A stretch of DNA of 64,000 bases from assembly GCF_036588685.1 (NCBI RefSeq), contig NC_086374.1:87544001-87608000 (forward strand), read 5' to 3'. Below, piece after piece: positions 38,201 through 49,188 of the stretch; the first letter of the stretch is position 1; every line of letters begins with the position of its first letter. Below the pieces are notes generated by a model, which had not been told where the DNA came from, did not search any database, and was given only the letters and a program-made list of their open reading frames with translations. Source of the DNA: Mytilus trossulus (lineage: Eukaryota). The position numbers and the translations under genes are program-made.

Positions 38201-41200
38201 GAAATACCAAGTACATGTACATAACTTTTGGAAAAATTAATTTACAAAGATAAAAAAAAATAAGGCAGGTCTTGTCTTTGTTTTTGTTTTTGTTTTTTAA
38301 AGGTCATTTGAAGAGAGCAAGACCTTGTTGATAAATATTGCGAATCAACTTCACAAATAATTCATCATCTTGGTGTATGGATTCTAGGTATTGGTGTTGT
38401 CTGTCATCTTAATTCCGCATTATAGTGACCACTGCCCTTTCCTCGATCTTTATATCTATATCATTAACAGAAAGCTTAATAAAAATATTTATGATAATAT
38501 TTATCAAAGGTACCCGGATTATAATTCAGTACGCCAGACGCGCGTTTCGTCTATATAAGACTCATCAGTGACGCTCATATCGAAATAGTTATAAAGCCAA
38601 ACAAGTACAAAGTTGAAGAGATAAAAGAGATGATTTTTCATTTCCTATCGTGAGTTATCCATTTTTAGATGGTGACGTTCTCTTGTCACCATCTTTAAAA
38701 CGTCTTTATATATCTCAACTTGTACGATTCGCTCGTGTATGTAACAACGTTTTAGGTATTAGATATTTTATATTTTAGCAAGAGAAATTTATGTATTACT
38801 GAAAAATTATTACACCAGGGTTTTCGATATCACAAACTAGTCAAAACATTTACTAAATTTTATCCTCGGTACAAGGAAATAATTCGTAAATATAACTCAA
38901 CATGCAGACATCTTATACGTTCAGGTATTCACATCCAATCTTTCAGGGTAATATTCTTTACAAAGCAAAAAGTGTCAGTATTCACCTCATAAAACTAAAC
39001 CTTTACCAGACTTATTAAGAAGGGATATAGTTACGATACTGTTGTCAGGTCATTAAAGATTGCATATTTTGGCTTTAATATTGATTCGATTATAGGGTCT
39101 ATGCATCGGAATTAAACACATTTATTCTAAAACCAGTTGTTGGCATGAAACGGGTTATTTTCTTCTCATATATTTCATGATGGTATAATAATAAACCCCT
39201 AATAGGTGAGATTGTGCTTGATACTCATATGATGAAGACATAATCTTTCAAGCAGTTTAATTGAGGTCTGGAGCTGCCATGTTAGTAACTGCTAGTAGTC
39301 TGTTGTTATTTATGTATTATTTTCATTTTGTTCATTTTCTTTTGTTTCTTATTCTGACATCGGACTCGGAATTTTCTTAAATCGAGTTTTACTGTGAGTA
39401 TTGTTATGCGTTTGTTTTTCTACGTTAGCTACAGGTATAGGGAAAGGGTTGCGATCTCAAAAAACATGTTTAACCCCGCTGCAGTATTGCGCCTGTCCCA
39501 AGTCAGGAGCCTCTGGTCTTTGTTAGTCTGGTATGATGTTTAATTTTAGTTTCTTGTGTATACTTCGGAGTTTAATATCAAGTCCATTATCACTGGACTA
39601 GTATGCATAGTTGTTTAGGGGCCAGCGGAAGGACGCCTCCGGGTGCGGGAGTTTCTCGCTACGTTGAAGACCCTTTGGTGGCATTCGGCTGTTGTCTACT
39701 CTATGGTCGGGGTTGTTGTCGCTTTGACACATTCCCTATTTCCATTCTCAATTTTATAGTGTTCTTTTATTTTTCCATGTGAATTATCACAACTTTTACT
39801 GTAAAGTCAAGTTTTTAGGAAAAGTAAAATCCTTTTGGCGTAGCTCGGTACTTATGCATCCCGTAAATATATTTTTATACTAGGGTATTTTTTTTAAATT
39901 CTTCTCTTTTATTTTTTCTTATGTGCTTTTTCTTTATGTCACTTGTTTTTCTTTGTTGACGTATTTGTTTGTTTTTATTGTGATTATGGTTGTTAACACA
40001 ATGCTGGCTACTCTACCTGTTTTGACGTTGTTGTCAATACAATGGAATTGTATGTTACTGTTATACAAGTGGGAGGTTTAGCTAGCTATAACCCCATTTT
40101 TAATCCTCCATTTTCTAATGAAGAAATTGCCTGTATAAAGTCAAGAATATGACAGTTAGTTTCCATTTGTTTGGTGTGTTTAAGCTTTTAATTTTGCCAT
40201 TTGATAACGGAATTTCCGATTCGAATTTGCCTTACAGTTCGGTATTTTTGTAGCATCACTTTTTATTGAGTTGAAAATTATTTGTTTAATTTATTAAATT
40301 TACCGACTGTATCTTACAAATGATACAAAACATACAATGTTTATTATAACGGTGTTTTAGCTACAACAGCATTGGTATGCATGGACCAGGATAAAAGATG
40401 TAACGATGCAATTTACCAGCAAATCCTATGTCAATCAGTCGATAATAGGGATTACGCAATTCGAACATGTCCAAAGTCATGCAATTTATGTGATGAGTTC
40501 TTCGGTAAGTTTTACATTAACCTAAAGAATTCATTTGGCTTTATTTTTATGTATTTTCATAGGACTGTATCCAAAAGTGTACGATTCAAAGCCGTATTTG
40601 TCCTAACTTAAATTAAAAACTTTACCTATACATAACACTTATATAAATGAACGAAGGTATGTTGTTAATGAGAAAATGGGAATCGTTTAATCCTCACATT
40701 TTTTAGAGAGCATTATGTTACTAGAAAGGGAAAACAATATATATGAATTAAGCAGACTTCCATTTTTAAGTTGTATCCTAAAATGACAGACCACTAATAT
40801 ACTAGTCATTAACTCACACGTGGTCTTTTTTATGTTTTGTTTAAATGAACGCACGGAGAGGTTGTATAATCGCAATTTTTTATAATTTATTCAAAATTTC
40901 GAAAAAGATATATCCATATATTTGTTTAGGGGCAATCGGGTGTGGGAATCTCGCTACATTGAAGACCTGTTAGTAACCTTCTGCAGTTGTTTTTTCTATG
41001 GTCGGGTTGTTGTCTCTTTGACACATTCCCAATTTCAATTCTCAATTTTATATAACATGATAACTAATAAGACAAATTATGACTTTGACTGTTTGATTTA
41101 TGTGCATCAGTATACGATTAAACAAACAGTATTGCATTGAAAATACCTAGCTTTGATAAAGCTTAAACCCATGGTGAAGGTAGTTTGGAAGGCATTGAGA

Positions 41201-44200
41201 TTAAGATGAAAATGAAAAAAGCTGCTTTTTTATTTGCCTTCGCCAGGTTCGCGAAGATGGAAAATATTTTGGTATTACAAATATACTTTATTAATAAGAC
41301 AAGCAGAACATTCGAAGGAGGCATTCAGAACTCATTAGTTGAAGACAAATAAAACCATTATAAGTTTTGATTTGAATGTTTCAATGCTAACACTTTGGCA
41401 ATGATATGCTAGTTGTTTAACAATAATATTTAAATGGTGTTGAATATTTAAATCCTTAAATTTGCTTCATTAGAATATGTCTTCTTTGTTCACAATTGAA
41501 GTATAACTCAACTACTTTTGATAATATGTACCTTATATGTATGATTTGTAGCTTTGAAATCGAGTACAACACCTGTACCTGTTGTAACAACGACAGGTAA
41601 CTAAATATATATATTTATATATTATCTCATAAGTAATAGTATACTACTATTAATCGGTATGATAATTCAATATTGTTTTCAACGTTAAAACACATATTGA
41701 GATGCCATATGGTTTCCAGTGGGACATCATAAAGATGTGAACCTTTCAATGTCACCTTAACGCCTGCAAAAATAAGCAAATTCTTCGCGTATTGTATAGT
41801 AATCTTTAATGGCTCAAAATGTAATTCAATTAAAAGAAAGAAATGCAGAGTCTTATTTGGCTGATAAGATTAAGATTAAATTTAATTGGAGTGTTGAACG
41901 AACGCAGCAGCTTCTGTGCATTGGTGTTTCTTTATTTATATTCACATAAACATTTCAATAAAACATAAACAAAATGAATTAAAACAATGACGATGTCAAT
42001 GAACATATGAAATGAATGTTTATGAATGCTCGAGGAAGCCAAAATAATTGTAAACAAAAAACTTAATATAAACATCAACGGGCTGATATAAGCCATGAGG
42101 CTAAACAAAAATCGTGTTTGGATATTTTTCGGACGCAGTTAAAACTTAATATTTTTTATTAAATTGTGCACCTTTTATTATTTTTTACATTTCTAAACGA
42201 AAATTGTATTCAGGTGATCATTTTTTTTATTTTGTTTTGTAAAATTCTAATACATTTATTGTAAACTCTTATCCTTTAGAATTACCGACAACAACATCGT
42301 TCCAGTGCGTTGATCATGAAACCAAATGTAGTGATACGTTTTATCTAAGTATTCTCTGTAAAGCTACAGACCAACCATCAAAAGACTATGCTCTAGCCAC
42401 ATGTCCAAAGGCGTGTAACCTGTGTGGTTCAGTAGGTATGTATATGATATGTGTGTACCTATCATGTTTGAATATAATGCAAAATTTAAGATATCGAATT
42501 TGATATTGAATGCATTTCAAAACTCTAACCTAGACAACGATAGTCGTTATCCTTGGAATATAAGATATATAACTTGACCCTGTTACTGTCGGTGGAACAC
42601 ATGTGTCTAAATCGACTATACTGGAGTGGCATTTTTGTTTTTTTGCAAGCGCTTATTCATAACTGTATCTCAAATGAAACAGTGTAATATGTTAATTCAA
42701 TGCGCCTCCAATTTAACGTTGTAAAGGTCTGACATCATTTATCGAATGACGTCAAAGTTTAGCATTATGAAAGCCACAGTAGTCCAGGCGGGCTGTATAG
42801 TTCATTAAAGTTATAAACAAACGATAACATTTGTAAAGTTGCATCTAGAAACTTACTACTAGATTCACTTATCGTTATTATAATTTTATATACTACAAAT
42901 ACTATAAATAAATACATATATTTAAATGCAGGTATATTGTGTTTTTTTCGAGAAAAAAAAATGTAATATTAGGAGATATGTGTACTGGATTATAGTAAGC
43001 AAATGGATAATGGGTGTTTTAAAAAGTGAATTAGCCCATACGAACGTTTTGGTATCTACATATGCTTTATGAATTTTGTTCGGTTCTGTACAGATTTGTT
43101 TTAAATTCTTTATATAGGATCTCTGGATCCGGCTTTCGGGTAAGTAAACAAACATTCTTTTATTATTGCACACAGCTTATCGAATGAAGATAACAAAATA
43201 AAAGACCATTGAGTTTGCGTCTAGATTCAACACACTTGGTAAAGCCGGAAATGAAAATATATGTCAACATTCATGCATTTGTGCATGGAACATACACAGG
43301 AACTTCTTTAAGTTGATTAAAAACATTCAAGTTGTCACTAAATGTAGTCGTATGTTAAGGGATGTAAAGACTTGTTGCACAATAAACACGTGGCAATAGT
43401 TTACAAACACTTTCTACATTTACACGTGATCATGTTATAGGCGCTTTTTGGTTGGATGCAGCGAGTTTCAACTGCAACCAATAAAAATTCTTACCTTGTG
43501 TCTCCGAAATTTTATCTCAATCCGCCGAGGGTGAAGATAACGGGAGTGGATCGTAACCCTTGGCTAGCGAAGATGAATAATTGTCTGCAAATTGAAATTG
43601 GTAAGTGAGTGATAAGTAGGGTGTAGTGTTAATGTTTTCAAATGTTGCCACCGCTGCATGCAAAGAAATAAACACTATAGTTAGTATGTATTTTATCATC
43701 CCCTTGATGAATGTTACCTACCGAATTAGACAATTTACCGGATTTATTATCACATAAGCAACACGACGGGTGCCACATGTGGGGCAGGATCTGCTTACCC
43801 TTCCGGAGCACTTGACATCACCCCTAGTTTTTGTAGGGGTTCTTATTGTTTATTCTTTAGTTTTCTATGTTGTGTCATGTGTCCTATTGTTTGCCTGTTT
43901 GTCTTTTTCATTTTAGCCATAGCGTTGTCAGTTTATTTTGGATTTATGAGTTTGACAGTCCCTTTGGTATCTTTTGTCCCTCTTTTATCAAAGTATGAAG
44001 TGTTCAGTTATGATATAAAAAAGTCCGTATATACACTTTTAAAACTGTTGAAACATTCAAGTTCATTTTCACCGTAAAACATTTAAACGATTATAAAAGA
44101 AAGGCGAAAGACACCAAAGGTACATTAAAAATTACAAGTCGAAAATAAAGTGACAACATCATTGCAAAAAAAAAAACAAAAAAAAAACCAAACAAAAGTA

Positions 44201-44474
44201 TACAAAACACAACATAGAAAACTAAAACCTGGTGCAACAAAACCCCAACAAAAACTGAGGGTGGTCACATATCCTTCGGCAGGGTATGCAGATTCTGCTC
44301 TACATTAGGATTATGTCGTGTTGCTCATATCAGTAATGAAACAATACTAAGTCTATTACGGAATATCACACTCGATGTAAAGGCAACGGGGTTGAATTTA
44401 CGTCATTTGGAACATATTCGATATCATCTGTTAAATAATCTACTTAAAATAATTCTCTTTTTTATTTCAGATAA
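32209..44474 (+). CDS. Gene C: secreted protein with a His-rich 8-Cys domain, mucin linkers and two ShKT domains
   Basis: Exons: 32209-32251 MGVLTTLVSVLVIL; 33125-33177 VPTATSLSCVDQTCDSTH; 33671-33733 VCKLQFHQGVLAHNHCDKLHA; 35494-35578 HGHHPKCSDPFPADDHCHCDDEACMNRL; 36264-36362 and 37338-37472 Thr-rich; 40361-40504 CMDQDKRCNDAIYQQILCQSVDNRDYAIRTCPKSCNLC; 41552-41596 linker; 42280-42435 CVDHETKCSDTFYLSILCKATDQPSKDYALATCPKACNLC; 43118-43139 GSLDPAFG; probable terminal exon from 44471 (A-TAA) with AATAAA at 44511. All phases are compatible and mirrored in paralogue D. Confidence 0.88.
38500..38620 (-). mobile_element. Truncated retrozyme copy with an intact hammerhead (38531-38574, minus strand)
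   Basis: The minus strand reads GCGTCA CTGATGA GTCT TATAT AGAC GAAA CGCGCG TC TGGCGT. Confidence 0.88.
38621..39760 (+). mobile_element. 3' end of a Penelope-like retroelement plus downstream tail
   Basis: KRDDFSFPIVSYPFLDGDV..YISQLVRFARVCNNV..RNLCITEKLLHQGFRYHKLVKTFTKFY at 38621-39115, with frameshifts. Confidence 0.8.
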
Positions 44475-45764
44475 GAAATTGGACTTCAGATAGATACAAG
44501 CTTTAGTGAAAATAAAAATGTCAAGTAGATTTCTGTATTAATGAATATGCAATGTATACCGATGTTTCAACTGGTCTTCTGTTTATAAGTATACCTACAA
44601 GTTGGCCATTTCCGATGTGCTAAATAAAATTATTACAAAAATATCGAATTCCAAGGTTAATACAAAGATTGAATTCCATAAAGCCCCACAAAATCAAACG
44701 TTCAAGTTTACCAATCAACGAATGGTATTGAAAACATACTCACTATGTCTATTTTCTGATGATAATGGTGGGTTGTGCATCAAAATGCATCATCATAAAT
44801 ACTTCATTCTATAACTTTCCCATAACGAAAGGTTCCGAGTAAATTGCTATTTGCACGCAAGCAAAAATGCGTCAAATGATAGCAGGATTCAACATGTTGA
44901 CAATGACAGACATCAGAGCTGAAGGAACTGGAATAAGTATCAGTAATGGTCCTGAAATAGTGTTACTATACTTGGTTTGATGCATTGGTACTGAAAAATA
45001 CTATTACAATAACCTAAGAGTACAAAATCTTTCACATTAAGGTCAAACTTACTACTACCATTGGCAAATAGTAATTACCCTGTCCTCAATTTGTGAAGGT
45101 TATGTTTATAATCTTCTTTTCAAACTGCATACTAGTATGATCATGCAATAGTTGACTGGAACGATACATATATATTAACAGTTTAAACATAGTTTTTCGT
45201 TTCTATCAATTTACATTTTCAATAAAAAAAAAAACAATGTCCGAACTGAATAATTTTGCACAACAACAAATAAAATTCAACAGACAAAAAAAATCGAAAA
45301 TATAAGAATGAAATCAAAAGTGTGATATTGATGATGTATAAATAATGTAAGTGTACTACAACAAAGTTTGGTAATTTATATTGCGTTTTTTGATTCCCAT
45401 ATTAAAATGTAGGCTACTTACAAATAGTTAAACCTTTATATCATTTTTGAGAAAGGATATATAAAACATTCTAATATGACGTCCTATCACTCTTTGTAAC
45501 CAAAGCCATGTTCTAATGAGCACAAAATATTTTTGACACATGCGCACAAATTTACTGTTTATATTAAAGTTATTTCCATTGTTATCCCATAAAACATATA
45601 CACTAAAGTAGCTTTAATAAACTTTTATAATATATGTTATATCGAACAACATACGTATTTTTTTAACAGACTCCTCGGGGAGGAAACGGGAACAGCTAAA
45701 CATTTTTACGATATTTTCGTACGCTTTGACATATAAAAATACTGTATTTGTCCTATAAGAATCG

Positions 45765-46920
45765 AAATAATTCTTCATGTCATGCTCTATGCTCATTTTA
45801 ACAATGAGTAGGCATTATGTTTGACCACATTTTACAATGCCAAGAAATTACCTCCTTTCAAATTCGGCAAATACCCCATAAGACAAATTACATGGATGAT
45901 TAATATTGACCATTTGGTATATGGCTGTGTTCTAAGCGACACGTACATGAAGGTCATAAAATAATTTGTTGAATGAAATCAAATCTTTAAATACCAATGG
46001 GTGCCGTAGGAGGTCGACCGGAATTTTTAGCGAGGATTTTTCGCATGTATCAGATAGAAAACTTGGGGTTAGAATTCATAGAATAAAAAAGGGGGAGTGG
46101 CAAATATTCATGTATATTTTGTACACAGAGAGAATTTCCCAGAAACCCTTTGCCAAAAAACATTCTTTTTCTTATTTGTGACTTCGAACTTTATGTTTTG
46201 AATTGTAGTTTCACTTTCCATATTCGGTATTTATTCTAATGTAATCTCCACGTGGTAAAAATCACGTGATGCAGGAATAAAGTATCTTCGAGTTAGACTA
46301 TTTATTTCTTTTCGGGCGAATACTCCAAGCAAACAACATGCATGTGTATAACGGCACTGTATATTTTCGTATTGGATAAAGAAAGTTGACGGTCCGGTAA
46401 ATGAACAGATTTGTTAGAAAGCAAGGTTTTGATTTTAATTAGATTGGAAAGCTTAATTCGAGGGTTGAAAATAGAGAGCACAAAAGAGGGGGGTGTTCCA
46501 CAGGGAATATTTTTATCTTATGAACTCTACATTTGAAAGGGTTATTATTATTTTTATTTAATCAAAAGAGAAAAACGAATGTACTACAAATTGTGAATGG
46601 TCTTTCTTCCTTTCCCCCATGCCAAGAAATTGCCTCCTTTGAAATTCTGCGAACACCCCATAGAGCAAATTACATGGATGATTAATATTGACCATTTGGC
46701 ATATGGCTGTGTTCTAAGCGACACGTACATGAAGGTCATACAATAGTTTGTTGAATGAAGTCAAATCTTTAAATACTAATGGGTGCCGTAGGAGGGCGAT
46801 CGAAATTTTTAACGAGGATTTCTTGGCATGACCTCGCTAACGCTCAGTGTAAAATATCGACAAATATAGTGTCTACCCATGTTAAAATGAGCATAGAGCA
46901 TGACATGAAGGAATTATTTT
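45765..46920. mobile_element. Non-autonomous DNA transposon relic with about 70-bp TIRs and an internal direct duplication of about 210 bp
   Basis: AATAATTCTTCATGTCATGCTCTATGCTCATTTTAAC ... GTTAAAATGAGCATAGAGCATGACATGAAGGAATTATT; 45838-46050 resembles 46620-46830. Confidence 0.8.
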
Positions 46921-47643
46921 TTTTAATTTACACACGGGTCGCTCACTTTTGATAGTAAAGGACGAGGAAAAACTCCAGTCTTTATAATGGATAACTTAAC
47001 GTCACCTAATGTCTATAGGTAATTTAGTTAATGAATAGATCCTTATCATTACTACTCTAAATTTAAGCGACTGAAAGATGGTATTAACAAACTTTCTACT
47101 TTGCACTATATTCTCTCAAAATGTTTTAAAAAAGTGTCAATCAACATACATCACACTGCTTTAAGAGTTAAGTTAGATTCTTGTGGTCAGTTTCACAAAA
47201 ACAATATGACTAAGAGTAATAAGCAAACACTGCATATCATCACACACAAAGAATAAATCATCACCAATAAAAACGTTTTCAAATGAGAAAATGGATCTTG
47301 CAAAATGTACCTAATACGACGACATATCTCCTGCAAGGACATACAAGACAAGAACACATATATGTCATTATGATGAATTAGAACTGTGAGGTATTTAAGT
47401 GTGCAGTATAAACAATTATAATCTTTTTTTCCAATTAATTCTGTTATACTTCATTGTTTCTTTGAAAGGATAAATGTTGCATGCATCATTTTTGATATTC
47501 GGGAGCATATTGATGCTGAAACTAATATTGATGCTGAATATCGCCAATCGAAAACTTCGTTTAAATACGATTTAAAAAAGAGGGACGAAAGATACCAGAG
47601 GGACAGTCTATAGTTATCAAAAGTACCAGGATTATAATTTTAT

Positions 47644-47687
47644 ACGCAAGACGCGCGTTTCGTCTACATAAGACTCATCAGTGACGC
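47644..47687 (-). ncRNA. Type I hammerhead ribozyme, intact core, one stem I mismatch
   Basis: GCGTCA CTGATGA GTCT TATGT AGAC GAAA CGCGCG TC TTGCGT. Confidence 0.88.
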
Positions 47688-47999
47688 TCAGATCAAAAAA
47701 GTTAAAAAGCCAAATAAATACAAAGTTGAAGAGCATTGAGGATCCAAAATTCCAAAAAGTTGTGCCAAATATGGCTAAGGTAATCTACTCCTGGGGTAAG
47801 AAAATCCTTAGTTTTTTCGAAAAATTCTAAGGGTTGTAAACAGAAAATTTATAAAAATGACCATATAATTGATATTCATGTCAACACCGAAGTGCTGACT
47901 ACTGGGCTGGTGATACCCTCGGGGACGAAACGTCCACCAGCAGTGGCATCGACCCAGTGGTGTAAATAGTTATCAAAAGTACCAGGATTATAATTTTAT

Positions 48000-48043
48000 A
48001 CGCCAGTCGCGCGTTTCGTCTACATAAGACTCATCAGTGACGC
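48000..48043 (-). ncRNA. Type I hammerhead ribozyme with the cleavage triplet mutated from GTC to GAC
   Basis: GCGTCA CTGATGA GTCT TATGT AGAC GAAA CGCGCG AC TGGCGT. Confidence 0.8.
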
Positions 48044-49188
48044 TCAGATCAAAAATGTTAAAAAGCCAAATAAATACAAAGTTGAAGAGCATTGAGGATC
48101 CAAAATTCCAAAAAGTTGTGCCAAATATGGCTAAGGTAATCTACTCCTGGGGTAAGAAAATCCTTAGTTTTTTCGAAAAATTCAAAGTTTTGTAAACAGA
48201 AAATTTATAAAAATGACCATATAATTGATATTCATGTCAACACCGAAGTGCTGACTACATGGCTGGTGATACCCTCGGGGACAAACTCATTATCGAAAAT
48301 AAACTCACAACGCTCAGGCTAAAAATGAAAAAGACAAACTTACAAACAATAATACACATGACACAACATAAAAAACTAAAGAATAATCACAACACAAAAC
48401 CCACTAAAAACTAGGGGTGATCTCAGGTGCTCCGGACGTGTAAGCAGATCCTGCTCCACATGTAGCACCCGTCACGTTCCTTATGTGATAAAAAATCATG
48501 GTAAATAGTCTAATTCGGTAGGTCACATTTATAAAAGGGAAGGCGATTGTAGTTACGACGTAAGGAACATATCCGATATCATTTGTGAAACGGTTATTCC
48601 ATAACGGTCAACCAACTCGTGATGGCGTCCGTAAAATTTACGAAATGATGATTTCAACTTCACAATTTGGAACTCTTGGCTTATAGCTTCCTTGTGATCA
48701 GCAACCCTCTATCAAGAAAAATCACAGCTTTATATTTATGATCATTTGTTTGTTTGTGTGTTTGTCTCTGCAGTATTGCCAATAAATTTCCTTTATAAGA
48801 TTTCTACATAGAAGGTCAGATACAACGGCTATCAATTTGTACTGTTACATAATATAGAGGATTTGTACGTAAGGGACGGAAATACTGCATATCAACAGGT
48901 ATATACATATACCTCGTAAAGGTTTATCGAGGGCACTTCTTGTTTGACAATTTCCTTCCAAATTCCGTCGAATTTAATTGACGTGACTTTGTAGTCAGTA
49001 AAACGAGTGACCAGATGGACTACGTTTGTCTTATTGACAAACGAGAGAAGTCTTGATTATTTACTAGTTATTAGTATGAATTCCTAAGTAACCCCCGTGG
49101 TGGTCAAGATAATATAAGTCACGTTTACATAAGAAATATTTAATTTTCTTATCTTTACATGACCTTATTGTATCAATATAAATATAGA

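Larger units (their letters stand above)
47611..48282 (-). mobile_element. Tandem retrozyme (about 1.9 copies of a 356-bp unit) with two type I hammerheads
   Basis: TAGTTATCAAAAGTACCAGG occurs at 47611 and 47967. Hammerheads lie at 47644-47687 and 48000-48043 on the minus strand. Confidence 0.92.

Noticed and set aside
46430-46520. GGVPQG-like non-LTR RT motif
   Set aside because: Too short and degenerate to call an element.
47907-47940. Opposite-polarity hammerhead (CTGGTGA...GAAAC GTC) in the retrozyme
   Set aside because: The core is non-canonical, stem II does not close, and CTGGTG pairs better with CACCAG. It is treated as a structured element instead.
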